Shown here: piece by piece, positions 1 to 13,415 of the stretch | Numbering within the stretch: position 1 is the first letter of the stretch | Layout of the letters: each line of letters opens with the position of its first letter | Source of the DNA: Chiloscyllium plagiosum | Lineage: Eukaryota | Direction of reading: 5' to 3' | Assembly (NCBI RefSeq): GCF_004010195.1 | Contig: NC_057732.1 | Location: 16,842,484-16,906,483 of the forward strand | DNA: 64,000 nt | Translations under genes and position numbers: made by a program | The notes under the pieces: model-generated | What the model was told of the DNA's origin: nothing | Database searches by the model: none | What the model saw: only the letters and a program-made list of their open reading frames with translations

Positions 1-200
1 GGCCTATCACCCTCAACTTGACCTCCTTCCACCTATCGCATTTCCAACGCCCCTCCCCCAAGTCCCTCCTCCCTACCTTTTATCTTAGCCTGCTGGAAAC
101 ACTTTCCGCATTCATGAAGAAAGGCTCATGCCCGAAACGTCGATCCTGCTCCTTGGATGCTGCCTGACCTGCTGCACTTTTCCAGCAAAACATTTTCAGC
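1..200 (+). mobile_element. Penelope-like pLTR fragment (family 1) with degenerate hammerhead motif; cut by window edge
   Basis: Near reverse complement of 50489-50690; ATGAAGA-AAGGC-TCAT-GCCC-GAAAC-GTC at 114-141. Confidence 0.75.
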
Positions 201-204
201 AACA

Positions 205-1430
205 TTCCATTGGCCTGACTATCTGCTGCATCGGTGTACAAGCTTTGTGTTTAAGTACCCCCAGGCCCTTTTGTGTTGCAGCCTTTCTCCAATTAAATAA
301 TACTGCTCTTTTGTTCTCCCTTCTGTAATGAACAATTTCACATTTTCCCACATTATACACCATTTATCAACTTTTTGCCCAGTTACTTAACCTAGCAATA
401 TCTCTCAAATTGTTTGCAATACTCTCCGCTTGTGTGTTGTCTGCACATTTGACTACAGCACTTTTGCTTCCTTCCTCCAATTCATTAATTTCTAAGTTAT
501 AAATCTAATATTACTGTAAAATTATTTATGAGATATTAAGTTTCCAGCTATGTTATTACTTCCTTAATTTATTCTAACAATTTGGCTAATTCACTAAAAT
601 TATCCATTTTTTTGCCTTCTTTTTTGAATAGAGTTGCCAAATGAGCCATTTTCCAATCCTCAAATATTTTCCAGAATCCAAGAACTTTTAGAAAAGTATA
701 ACCACTGCATCCACTATCTGTTGCTGCTCCTTTCATGATTGTGATAATATTTTAATACTAGTTGTGAATTGGTTAGCAAACAAGAAATAGAGTAGGAACA
801 AATGGTTAGCTTTTGGAGTGGAAGTTGATAGTAAATGAAGTACCGAATGGTTGAGTACTTGGGCCCCACTATTCACAATATATCAATGAGGTAATCAATT
901 GTAATTGTCTAAGTTTGCTTAAGACGCAAAATTAGGTGGGGCTGTGACTGATGAGGAGGACGTAAAGAAGCTTCAAGACAATTTAGACAAGTTGGAAGGA
1001 TGGGCAAGATCATGACACATGCAATGTAAAACTGATAAATGTGAACGTCTCCAGTTCAGGCAGAAAGTATTATTTAAATGATGGTAGATTGGAAAATGTT
1101 GATGCACAATGGGACCTGGGTGTCCCATACATTGTCACTGAAAGCAAGCACGCAGGCACAGCAAGTGAGGAAGGCCTTTATTCCTATAAGGTTTGAGTAA
1201 AGAAGCAGGGAAGTAATAATGCAACTGTACAGGGACTTGGTGAATCCAGGTGATGCAATTCGGTGGTGCATGCAGTTTTGGTCTCCTTACCCAAGAAAGG
1301 ATTTACTTGTTGTGGAGGGAGCACAGCAAAGTTTCACCAGATGTCCCTTGAGATAACAAGTTTGTATACAAGGAGAAAGACTGGGTTGACTATGCCTGCA
1401 TTTACTGTTATTTAGAAAAATAAAAAAGGC
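205..1430. mobile_element. Degraded CR1 LINE fragments (about 205-740 on minus, about 760-1430 on plus)
   Basis: Remnants similar to the RT region of other CR1 copies here (e.g. gtgcagttttggtctccttac). Confidence 0.75.
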
Positions 1431-1994
1431 AGGGGGTGTTTCAGAAGGTGGAGTGACAGTTTCAGAATAGCTGACACACCATTTTGGCCTGAGAGGAGAA
1501 GAGAAATCCAGGCTCAAAATGTCTAAACCTACTCAGAATTCTCACTATGTATTTAAGCAGAAACAAAAATAAAATACATGAATAATTCTGCAGACATTTT
1601 AGTTAAGCAATTTGAACAATGCAACTAAAATATCATTTTCATCTATTTTCTCCAAATAGAGGACAAAGGCACAACTTTGATAAAATTCTTGCCACCATTT
1701 ACAATTGTTCAAAAACAAGTGTTTTCCAGTCGCCACCAAAAACTGAGAAACAGGGAAATATATTAATCATGAATAGTGTAAGAACATTGTTTAAGATAAT
1801 ATCTTAGAGGCAGTCTGCTTTGAAAAGGTGTGATGCATTGTACACACCATGGACTTGATCATACATGGAAGGAGATCCAAATTTTAGCATAGCTATTTCT
1901 ATAAGTTATTTCTGAATGTCACTGGCTGGCATTGAAGTAATAATGCATTGCTACAAATCAGAGTTAACGTTTTGGATCGAGTGGCCCTTTCTCA

Positions 1995-2120
1995 GAACTG
2001 TTCTGAGGAAGGTTTACTTGACCCAAAACATGAACTCTGGTTTCCCTCCACAGATGCTGCCAGACCTGCTGAGCTTTTCCAGCAATTTCTGTTTTTGTTT
2101 CTGATTTACAGTATCCAAAG
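1995..2120 (+). mobile_element. Short old PLE-derived element with decayed hammerhead-like core
   Basis: CTGAGGAAGG...CCCAAAAC followed by gatgctgccagacctgctgagcttttccagc tail shared with family-1 copies. Confidence 0.6.
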
Positions 2121-2934
2121 ATCTCTATTTTTATGTGAGTCAATGCCCCCAATTCAAGAACTATACATAGTATATGTGTAGATACCCTCTCCATCATATT
2201 CTGATTGAATTCAGCACGAGTTATTTTAAAACGTGGATATAGAAATACAAGATAGATTAACAAAGTTTACAATTTAAACTAGATAACACTATATAGAATG
2301 TAGTGTCAAATAAATAGGAGTTTTACAGATAGATGTTGAAATCAATGCAGCTAGCTTCAGATTTCAGGAACATGGGCTCAAACAGCTTATTTGGGCAAAC
2401 AAGATTCAAAGCTTAGGTAAACGGCAAGATTTAATTTCCTTTGTACCACTTCGCATATTCAATTTTTTACTCAAACCGCCTGAGATAGCGCTCTCAGATA
2501 AACTAGATCATCTTTTGTGAATCATTAAACACTGCAATTAAGTGTATGTAGGTTTGTTGGCATTATCCAAGAATCACCAAGTTAAAAAGTTTACACAACA
2601 TTAAAAGCCTGTAGCCTAAACTTGACATGCCAGGGAACCATAACACAAAGTCGTCATCAATTGGGCCATTTTAAAATATAAATATTTTGAGGTTATTCTT
2701 ATATGAGCCAGTCCACGTGTAGTCTGGTAACTGTCAAATTCAACAAGTCTAAAAACTGGGTATTTTACAGTATAACTGCTGCCTTTTCTATTCAGATCTT
2801 GTAAAAACTTGTGGCTCAAAGGTAAATCAAAAAAGGAAAGCAGAACATTTAATGGTGGTCTTTATGATTTCGTAATACGGGAATGTCATGCTGTTACAAT
2901 AACTGAAAATGGTTCAGTATGTAAGCCTTAAGAT

Positions 2935-4310
2935 CATGCCAATCTCCCAATTCTCCCTCGAAATCTTCCAACCTGGTTGCAGGGACAGTGAAAGTGGTTT
3001 AGAGAATTGAAAATGCAACAGCCTTATTCACAAAGGTTGCAAGGATAGATCCTGCACCAAAAAAAAAATCAGTTTAATCCCTGTGGTGGGAAAATTTGAA
3101 AGTTTTCTTCAGGAAAAAAAAGTGATGTTAAAAAAAATTAATTAAGGAAACTTATATGAATTTGTTCAGGGCAAATCATGTTCAACTAACTTGATTGATT
3201 TAAAAAAAAAATGTTAGAGAGAGTTGATGAGAGTAATGCAGTCAATGTTGCCTTCCAAAAGGCAATGGATGAAGACTATGCAACACATGACAATAAAGTT
3301 ACAGCCTGTGGAATAAACAAAACATTGGTAGCATAGATACAAGGGTTAACCACAAGTCATGGTAAAGAGTGCAGTGCTGAAAAAATGTTTTCTGACTGGA
3401 GGATGGAATATATATAATGGTGTTGTTTTTCTGATATACATCATTGTCAGAAAGCAGTGCACAATTCCAAATTTTCAAGTGACACAAAACTTGGTAGCAT
3501 GGTGAACTTTGAGGAGAATACTGAAAGTTCAAGAGGACATAAATAAACCAGCCTAGTGGACAGACAAGTAAATTTAATGTAGAGAAGTGTGAGGTGATCA
3601 TTTTGAAGGGAAGAATGTGGAAAGGCAATGTAAGTGAATGGATACAAATAAATGTAGGATTACCTTGGGATACAAATGCACAAATAGTTGAAGATGGCAG
3701 AGCAGAAAGAGCAACTAATTAAATTGGCAGATTTTGGGCTTTATGAATATTAACAGTGTGCTAAAGCAAGGACATCATGGTCAACCTCTATCAGTTTGGC
3801 CTCAACTGAAATAGCATATTTAATTCTGGGCACCCCATTTGAGAAGGACAAGAAGCAAAAATGATTTTCAAAATTGTTTCAAGGATGAGTGATTTCAGTG
3901 ATATGGATAACATGGGCAAAGCTAGGCTTTTGTCTTTGGAAAAAAGATGGTTCAGAGGAGATTTGATTCAAAATTATGAGGTGTTTGAGCAGTTTAGGAA
4001 GAAAGTGCTCACATCAGAAGGTCTAGTCAGATGGCAAAAATTTAAGGTGAATGACAAATAACCAGAGGTGGTGAATTTAAAAAAAAATGTAGCAAATGAT
4101 TAGGATCTGCACTGGATTGCATGAGTGTGATAGAGACAGAATCAGTCATGGATTTGAAAACTGAATTAGAAAATTGTTGAAAGAGACAAAACATGCAGTG
4201 TTATGGCAAAAAAAATATTGATGTGGCACCAGTTGAGCTGCCCGTGCAGACAGCCAACAAGGACAGGATGGCCTGAATGATTACAATGCTGAAGCAGGCC
4301 ATTCCATGAT
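2935..4310 (+). mobile_element. Old CR1 LINE, RT region to 3' end
   Basis: Decayed GKSC-TNL, SLEKRWFRGDLI motifs; many stops and frameshifts. Confidence 0.8.
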
Positions 4311-4450
4311 TGCATAATTACAAGTCAAGCTTCAAACTAGATGGTAAGGATCTCAATCCCTACATCCAAGACCGCAACACATCAAGATTGAATTTCAAAG
4401 CAGGATTGAATGAGCTGTTGCAGTCTCAGAAATTCCTGTAGCACCTTTCA

Positions 4451-5385
4451 ATAGGCAATAGGTGCAGGAGTAGGCCATTCTGCCCTTCGAGCCTGCACCA
4501 CCATTCAATATGATCATGGCTGATCATCCTGAATCAGTATCCTGTTCCTGCCTTATCTCCATAACCCATGATTCCACAATCCTTGAGCGCGCTATCCAAC
4601 TCTTTCTTAAATGAATCCAGAGACTGGGCCTCCACTGCCCTCTGGGGCACAGCATTCCACACAGCCACCACTCTCTGGGTGAAGAAGTTTCTCCTCATCG
4701 CTGTCCTAAATGGTCTACCCCCGTATTTTTAAGCTGTGTCCTCTGGTTCGGTACTCACCCATCAGTGGAAACATGTTTCCTGCCTCCAGAGTGTCCAATC
4801 CTTTAATAATCTTATATGTCTAATTCAGATCCTCTCTTAGTCTTCTAAACTCAAGGGTATACAAGCCCAGTCGCTCCAGTCTTTCAGTGTAAGGTAATCC
4901 CGCCATTCCAGGAATTGACCTTGTGAACCTACGCTGCACTCCCTCAATAGCCAGAATGTCTTTCCTCAAATTTGGAGACCAGAACTGCACACAGTACTCC
5001 AGGTGTGGTCTCACCAGGGCCCTGTACAGCTGCAGAATAACCTCTTTGCTTCTATACTCAATCCCTCTTGTTCTGAAGGCCAGCATGCGATTAGCCTTCT
5101 TCACTACCTGCTGTACCTGCATTGACTGGTGTACAAGAACACCCAGATGTCTCTGTACTGCCCCTTTACCTAAATTGATTCCATTTAGGTAGTAATCTGC
5201 CATCCTGTTTTTGCCACCAAAGTGGATAACCATACATTTATCCACATTAAACTGCATCTGCCATGCATCTACCCACTCACCTAACTTGTCCAGGTCACCC
5301 TGTAATCTCCTAACATCCTCATCACATTTCACCCTGCCACCCACCTTAGTATCATCAGCAAATATGCTAATGTTATTACTAATAC
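4451..5385 (-). mobile_element. Young 5'-truncated CR1 LINE 3' end
   Basis: ORF 4820..5344 LQGDLDKLGEW...WQMQFNVDKC...LYRALVRPHLEYCVQFWSP; FADDTK just upstream; (ctattg) tail at 4451. Confidence 0.93.
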
Positions 5386-6237
5386 CATTAGTATTAGTAA
5401 TAACATTTCAGTCTTTCACGCTCAGATGGATTTAAAAAGATCCTGCGGCTAACTCCAAAACCAGAGATGTTTTTCCCATCTTCCAGCTGATACTTATCTT
5501 TCATTTCTGACATCATTGCTTGTTGAAACTTCCTGTGCAAAAATTGGCACGATGGTTCCATACAAGTGCACAAGTTTATTTCACTACCCAAGAAACATTT
5601 TTTGCACAGACTGTGCTCACGAAAGGCACGGAGGGGTGGGTCTTTGGCATTAGCTCAGGAACCTTGGTCTTCGTAACTAAAAACCAGCAGACACAGCAAA
5701 GACAATAGGCCTGTCTACATGAATAAGCAAATATAAAGACAATATGCAATTGTCTCACTGCAGGTTGAGTTAGGTCACCGAACAAGGATGAATTAGTTAT
5801 ATTTACAGCCGAATTTCTCAAACGTGTTCATTTACAATTCCCCTGCTAGTAATTATACTTTTGCTAACATTTAGTGATGACAGGATTGGGTTATCTAAAG
5901 CAGTAAATCATCTCATTAGCTTCTTGACTCGAGGTACCAGAGCTCCCAAGAGATCCTCCAATTAGATACCAAGCAAAAAGCAATTTAGTTTCTCCTAAAT
6001 ATACCTGTTCCTTCAAAACTATATTACTAATGAAATCAACTTTGCTAACAGCAAGTTAAAAATTGTGGCAAATTCTTGAACTTATTAGTGATTTATTTAT
6101 TTGGTTCTGCTTAATAAATGACATCAGTAAAACATTTTGGGAATTATTTGACAACTTTTTAAAGAAGTGATAAAGCTGATCAGATATGCAGAAAGGAAAA
6201 AGGAATACTCTTTAGCACTGCTTGCACATCATCTTAC

Positions 6238-6295
6238 CTGCCTTCTGTTGTAGGACTAGACACATTTTCTTCTTCACTGCTTTCATCTCCATTTT
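6238..6295 (-). CDS. KIF21A: KIF21A exon, 58 nt: (E)NGDESSEEENVSSPTTEG(S)
   Basis: tag|AA acceptor, AG|gtaaga donor, phase 1-2; resembles recalled human [21 protein letters not shown]. Confidence 0.9.
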
Positions 6296-8439
6296 CTATA
6301 AGTTATTACAAAACATAAATGTTATCCCTTTAATCTGCATTCAAGGTTCCCAGAGATATCAGAAACTTACAAATTTTATACAGTAAGATTAGATATATTT
6401 GTGATGTTGTTTTCACTAACAGTGGTGTAGAAATTTAAAGATGCCTGAAAGATTACATAGTAGTAATCTAAAAAGATCAGAGATAGTCAAGCCATGACAG
6501 CAATGGTTACATTAGCCATTTGAATGGCAAGAAAAAGTAGTAGAATTACTTGTAATTACTGGAGTTTTAAATTACATGGAAATTTTAATAACAATTTGAA
6601 ATGTACATATGCCATCTATTAGATCGCTACAAAAATTTGATTGTAGCCATGGCCAATTTACCCTATGCAAAGTTAACAACAAACAACTCCGGAGCACTCG
6701 TGATTTAAATATATGTTATTACCAGATGATGTCAAGATAACACTGATTAATATCACATTAAAACCTACAAAGAGAATAACAGTTCTTGTCCTGGATTAGC
6801 AACCTGGAAAATTTATATATCTTTAAGTCACAATTAATCTTCACTGTTTAGACAAAACTGAGGTATATTTTAAAATTGAGCTTTCATGAACAATATTTAG
6901 AGCTAATCAGTAAAAATAAAATTCCAGTTACATTTAACAATAGGTATTCTACCTTGATTCTAAACTCTTAAAACCAATTATATATTTCTACATCATGATG
7001 GCAATGTATTGTTAAATCACAAACTTTCCATTAAACAAGTGAAAAATAAGATAACAAGTGACAGTACTAAGTGGTTATACTAGAAATATTTAGCTAACTC
7101 CTCCACAGAGGAGTTGCATTTCTTGCATTTGTTTTTGCTTTGAACTAACTTCTACATTTCATCTTTCAGTCCCCACCCAAGGAACAAAATGGATAAACTG
7201 GATACCTCTCAGATTTTTGCTTCCACATTTTGTTAAAATTATCTTATTTAGGAAAGGTCCACAGTTGGGCTATATTTTAATTAGATTTCAAGTCGCTTTA
7301 TTTGCTTCGAAGAGTAATCATTGACTAGATGCTCGAATTAAAATCTAACTAAAAGTTAATGAATTAGCTTAGACCTCAAATAGCTTTGGTTTATAAACAG
7401 AAGGATTTGATAGATGCAAACAAAATAGCCAAACCAGCCATATGTGGCTAACTTCAATATTTACAAGGTATGTAAGTCAATAGCCACCATTCAAATAGGG
7501 GAGAGGCAGATAACCAAGTTCAATTCTTCTGAGAAGAGTTTTAGGAGAATTAAACCTCTCTCAGTGCACTGCATTTAAGGCTTGTGCTGGATGCATACCT
7601 CATTTTGTTTTAAGATATCAAGACAAATTCACAAATGTGAGAAATAAGCTTTTTGAAATTATTGCATACTTTGCATATGAAAAATCAAGTATGAAGGTGA
7701 TTCTGAAAGCAAGTGATTTTGTGCTACTTTTGTTCATTCTCCACAAAAGGAATTTTACAGGTCTTTTCTAGAGTGAAAGAATGGCAAATGAGAGAAAATT
7801 TCAAAGCAAATTTAGAGGGAGTACAAAAATATCATGATACACTACCCACACTAGGAAAGAAAATAATTCAACTGGGTACTAAATAGGTCAGGCCTCAACA
7901 AAATGTTACTAGTGCTCGTTCATTGTAGTTAGAGCAGCGATACAAAAGTGAAAATGCAAAAACATTAATACAAACTTCCACTTCACTGTGTTGTGATCTC
8001 TTCATTTCAAATCTTGTACTAAGCAAAAAAAAATGCTGTTGTGTTTCACCTACTGATGTTAAGTTAGCCAAAGCTTTACAAAAATATGATGTGAATTTGA
8101 ATTATACTGCACAGTGAGGACCAATCTACTACTATTTTTTAAATCAATGGATTGCTCAAGACCTGATCTCAGGACACTATTTAGAAGCTCAACTGTAATG
8201 CACCACAAAATTACTGCATGTTCAACAAAGACAGAATTGGAATAAAAATTGAGCTTCTCGGAGTCTTGTTCTTGGAACATCATGCTTGCTTTTGATAAGT
8301 TCAGAAGCAAAATGCATTTGGTTGTTAAATGAATTACATTAATTATGTCTGTAAAATGTCTACTGAAACAGCACATCCTTGAAGATGAAATTCAAATCAA
8401 AACTAGACTGTTCAGCTTAATATTGAGACTCAATATTGT

Positions 8440-8758
8440 GGGCGGCACGGTGGCACAGTGGTTAGCACTGCTGCCTCACAGCGCCAGAGACCCGGGTTCA
8501 ATTCCCGCCTCAGGCGACTGACTGTGTGGAGTTTGCACATTCTCCCCGTGTCTGCGTGGGTTTCCTCCGGGTGCTCCGGTTTCCTCCCACAGTCCAAAGA
8601 TGTGCAGGGCCAGGTGAATTGGCCATACTAAATTGCCCGTAGTGTTAGGTAAGGGGTAAATGTAGGGGTATGGGTGGGTTGCGCTTCGGCGGGTCGGTGT
8701 GGACTTGTTGGGCCGAAGGGCCTGTTTCCACACTGTAATGTAATCTAATCTAATCTAA
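8440..8758 (+). mobile_element. HE1-type tRNA-derived V-SINE, full length and young
   Basis: A box TGGCACAGTGG 8451-8461, B box GGTTCAATTCC 8495-8505, V-domain tgtggagtttgcacattctccccgtgtctgcgtgggtttcctccgggtgctccggtttcctcccac, CR1-like tail with (atcta)n. Confidence 0.93.
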
Positions 8759-11064
8759 AAGTAAATAAAACTAATATCTAAACCTTCGCCATTGTGCAAT
8801 ATGCAGCCAAGAATTTATTCATTTTGTGATGAGGATTTATATTGTTCTCAAGTGATTTTCAACAACTTCCCTTATCTACATCCAAAGATGCCAATTTCCA
8901 ATGTTAGATGATATAGAAACTACATATGATGATATACAGTGACGGCTGGATGGGGTTGTGAAAGTTCCAAGGCTCTGCAACCCCAACGTCAAAAGCAGCT
9001 ATCACAAAGATCTTGAAGGTAGTTGAGTTCTAAAATTTAATATACGATGAAGTTAAACAGATGTGTAAATTCCATCTGCAACCATTTTCTTTAAGTCTTG
9101 AATTCTACACCATCTATTTGGCTCAGCAGTAAAATGTTTATTTCAGAAATGCCTTCTGATACTTCAAGCCTCTTGACCTCTTTTAAAAGTTCTAAAAGGA
9201 CCATGTATTCGAAGTACTAATGCAGTATGCAAAGTCAAGGGAAGTGCCAGAGAAAGACATTCAAATATATTCGAGAAATAGCAGAAAGCAGACTTCTCTT
9301 TTTGATCTTGTGTCAAATCGTGTTTAGCTCAATCAAGATAACTGCACTGGAAACCAGTTTTAATGGAGCATCGCTAAAAAGGTAATGCAGTCGTGCTGAA
9401 GAATGCTAAAAATGCAACTCAATGAGAAGAACTCACAGAAGGGAAATATGTGACCAATAAGAAAACCAATAAATAATCTGTTCTCAATCTTAACTGAAAA
9501 ATAGCATAAAGTCAGGGGGTGCAAATAGATAGATCAAGGAGGATTATAGGTGGTGTAAGGCACTGAAAGCAGGAATGTGTTAGTGTCAACAGGGAAGAAC
9601 CTGTGGCTTTTGACAAATTTAGAAAGTAGACACCAATGCAATCAGAATTGATTGTATAAAGCTGCACAAAACTAAAACTACAAATCCACACCAATCCTTT
9701 CCATTATAGTGTGTTTGGGAAATTTATATATTTTTTAGCACATTTACGTTCATTTTGAACAACGATTTTATTTTATTGTGTGAAGAGATAGGGCACATTT
9801 GTTACAAATGAAAAGAACTTGGTGGTCTTTTTCAAAACATGTGTTGTGCAACATATCTGACAGGTAAAACAATCATGGGATTCAAATTGTATAATTTTAT
9901 TGAAGTGGTAAAATTCCAATTTTTTTTTCAATTCTACATATGGCTGCCAGAAAGGAGGCCTCAACGTATATGAAAACTGAATAAACTTACAGGAAATAAC
10001 TATTCCACTTTAGAGATAAGGATTTAGTATTCCTTTCATTTTAATTTTAGCTTTCATTCACTGCAATTGTTAACTTACCTTAAAACAACTGCTAACATTA
10101 TACATTTCTCTAAATGTGAAGATCAATGGGGCATGTCAAATTGCAAATTGTTAGGCCAGAAGCTTATTAAGATCATTGCTAAGAGCAATTTCCTGTGTAT
10201 CCTTACAACATTCACACAGAAAATGCTTTGATGAGCCACAGGAAAAACACAAGTTTTATAGTAAATTTCCTTAAATGAATTACAAAGAAAGATGATTAGC
10301 ACAATTGCAGACATTGATTTTTGAATAAGGATCAGACAACCCTACATCATATTTTCAATATTTAACAACTTACAAAAGTTAGAGGTCTTAAAATGATAAA
10401 ATTGCTCCTCAGTTTACACCAATACATTCTTTGAGATCATCTGATTCTAATTTACTCTCACCTGGTATTAATTAATTTTTAATAATTATAACTTTCAGAG
10501 TTTGGGGACTTATTCAAATTGCTTGTGGTCAAATTATTTCTGCAACCTAATGTAATCTTTGTAGTCTTCCATGATCATGCACGGAGACAATAACCAAATA
10601 ACAATATATTATGCATTTCACAAAATATTCTTAGAGAAAACCAGAGAACATTTTATAGACATTATTTGCATTTTAAATAAATGTCATTGAGCAAAATTGT
10701 TTGTTTGTATTTATACACATTTGTTAATTTTGTTTACACTACTATAAATATACATGAAATGTCTTTAAATTTATCCACTTCCATCAACTATACACTCACA
10801 ATATCCATAATTTATAGTATTACTGTAATGAGTTAAAGGAATAACAAACAGACAGGAAGAATCCAGGCCTGTAGTGATATCATATACAGTCGACAGAAAA
10901 GTTTCAACATTTAAGGTGTAAATGGAGCCAACACTTTGCCACAATGATCAGTAGTTAACATCTGGAGTGCATGGAAATGATGATTCAATGGTTCACATGG
11001 ATGTAAAAAGTGGTGATAAGTCAGGAAAAATGATGATCTGCATTCAGTTTCCCATAAAATGCTA

Positions 11065-11144
11065 CATGCAGACTTTAAACATTTACAGTTGTTATTTAAA
11101 GATGCAGCAAGGTTAGCATACAAGCTTGTTTAGTAAACCATGCA
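11065..11144 (-). promoter_or_regulatory. Two Rbfox-type TGCATG motifs downstream of the microexon (11139-11144, 11065-11070)
   Basis: CATGCA on + strand, 33 and 107 nt into the downstream intron; function inferred. Confidence 0.65.
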
Positions 11145-11176
11145 GTTACACATAACAATAGGCACAATTAACTTAC

Positions 11177-11197
11177 CAGCAGGTATGCTATCTAGTT
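11177..11197 (-). CDS. KIF21A: KIF21A 21-nt microexon: (E)LDSIPA
   Basis: Pyrimidine tract + cacag|AACTAGATAGCATACCTGCTG|gtaagt; symmetric phase 1-1; matches recalled human DLDSVPL insert at the same position. Confidence 0.9.
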
Positions 11198-12039
11198 CTG
11201 TGTAAACAACAGTAATGGGGAAACAAAAGAAAAGCAACAAACCAATCAAATGGAATCCACTGTATTAAAAAAATCTGTCCTATAGAATCAGTAGCAAGAA
11301 CGAACCAGTGCGGAAATAAAAAAAACACAAAGCTACATTCACAGCACTTTCTACTTAATTACAATATTGTTGAGAATATTAATACCCAAAATCATTTTAA
11401 ATCTTCAGAACCCTTTAATGATACACAGTCCAACAGGTAATAAGAATTTTACTTCTATAAAAGAAACACATTCACGTTCAAGCAATTTGGATGTTTTACC
11501 AAATGCAGCATCTCAGAGTATTCAGAATAGGGAATTAGGCAGGACAGAAGTAATAGCATAAGAATCCATCCACCAACTTTTGTTTTTAAATTTCCAAATG
11601 CAAAGCCACAACTTACATGGCACACACTACAAAAATTGGTTCACCAAGTTGAAGTTGTAATGTTTGAAGAAACATATACCAAGATAACTGAAAAATAAAA
11701 TGTTACAGGATGCTGGAAATAAAAACAGAAATTGCTAGAACTGGTAACCAGACCAGACAGTATCTGTGGAGAAAGGAAGCATTAATGTTTTAAGTCAGTG
11801 ACTTTTTTCCAGAACTCAAAGACATTTCCAGGATTTTCTGCTTATACATCATCAAGATAACTGCACAACTGTACAATAGTTCATCTATTAAGGAATTAGA
11901 ATGGGCTCTCCTCATGGGCAATTGATCACAGCATAACCAATCTAAAGATAGCAGAAAGATGTATGCATGATACATTGCAGAAGAACCTGCTGCTTTATGC
12001 AATTCTTCACTGTGACATCCCCCAGTAGTCTGAGGGAAA

Positions 12040-13415
12040 TTGACAAGCAAATATGTAAGGAGACCTCATATCTGCAAGAATAATTAGGTTGTAATGGTAG
12101 GGGATTTTAACTTTACAAACATAGACTGGGATTGTCATAGGGAGAGGAATGTGTTAAGTGTATACAAAAATGTTTTCTTGGCGGGTTTTGAGAAGATTTG
12201 TAGCTCAGGTTGAGGTTTTGGATGTAGGTTTGCTCGCTGAGCAGGAAGGCTCATTTCCAGATGTTTTGGTGATAAATAGGCTTAATGAATGCAGAACAGT
12301 AGACATTGTTTATATGGAATTTAGCAAGGTGCTTGACAAGGTTCCTCAGGATAGACTGGTTAGCAAGGTTGGATCAAATAGAATCCGGGGGAACTAGCCA
12401 ACTGGATACAAAATTGGCTTGAAGGTAGGAGACTGAAGGTGGTGGTAGAAGGTTGTTTCTTTGGACAGGAGGCCTGTGACCAGCGTTTGGTCCACTGCTT
12501 TTCATCATTTATATAAATGATTTGGATGTGAATATAAGTTATGGTTATTAAATAGGTAGATGACACAAATTGGAGGTGTAGTGCACAGTAAAGGAGGTTA
12601 CCTCACAGCACATTGAGATCTTGATCAAATGGGCCAATGGAGTTTAATTTAGATAAATGGGAAGTGTGACATTTTGGCAAGGTAAACCTGGGCAGGACTT
12701 ATCCACTTAACTGTAGGGCCCTGGGGAGCGTTGTTGAACAAAGTGACTCGGGGTGCATGTGCATAATTCCTTGAAAGTGGAGTTGCAGGTAGACGGTGGT
12801 GAAGGCAGCGTTGGTCAGGGCGTTGGAGTTAGGCCGTCATGTTCTGGCTGTACAGGATATCAGTGAGGGTAATTTTGGAATACTGCGTTCCACTCTCCCT
12901 GCTATAGGAAAGGTGCTGTTAAAGGTGAAAGGGTTCAGAAAAGATCAACAAGAATGTTGCAGGGATTGGATGGTTTGTGCTATAGGGAGAGGCTCAATAG
13001 TTTGGGGCTATTTTCCCTGAAGCATTGGAGGTTGAGGGATTACCTCAGAAACGTTTATAAAATCATGAAATGCATAGATAGGGTGAATAGCCAGGATCTT
13101 TTCTTCCCCCAGTGTAGGAGAGTTCAAAACTAGAGAATATAATTTTAAGGTGACAGGAGAAAGATTTAAAAACGGACCTGAAGGGCAACTTTTTCTCATA
13201 GCGTGGTGCATGTATGGAACAATCTCCCAGAGGTGGAGGAGGAGGCAAGTACAATTATAACATTTAAAAGGCGCCTACATGGGGACATTAACAGGAAGGG
13301 CTTAGAGGGATATGGGCCAAATGCTGGCAAAAGGGATTAGATCAGTTTTGGCTATCTGGTCAGCACTGATGAATTGGACTGAAGGGTCTGTTTCGGTGTT
13401 ATATGACTGTGACTC
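12040..13415 (+). mobile_element. CR1 LINE fragment with 3' end; PLE tail fragment on minus at about 12181-12267 inside it
   Basis: VDIVYMEFSKVLDKVP remnant, tail gaagggtctgtttc...tgactgtgactc; insert resembles reverse complement of 32175-32255. Confidence 0.88.

Noticed and set aside
4820-5344. 174-aa RT-like ORF as a functional gene
   Set aside because: C-terminal part of CR1 ORF2 in a 5'-truncated copy with deletions
1-6237. Next KIF21A exon (TLSSDLMKLCGE-like) and WD40 exons; ORFs 5394..5591 and 5576..5821
   Set aside because: No matching peptide with splice sites found by eye; the gene presumably continues beyond position 1 and these ORFs resemble nothing I recognise
8440-8512. tRNA gene
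   Set aside because: A and B boxes belong to the head of an HE1 SINE and continue into the V-domain and LINE tail
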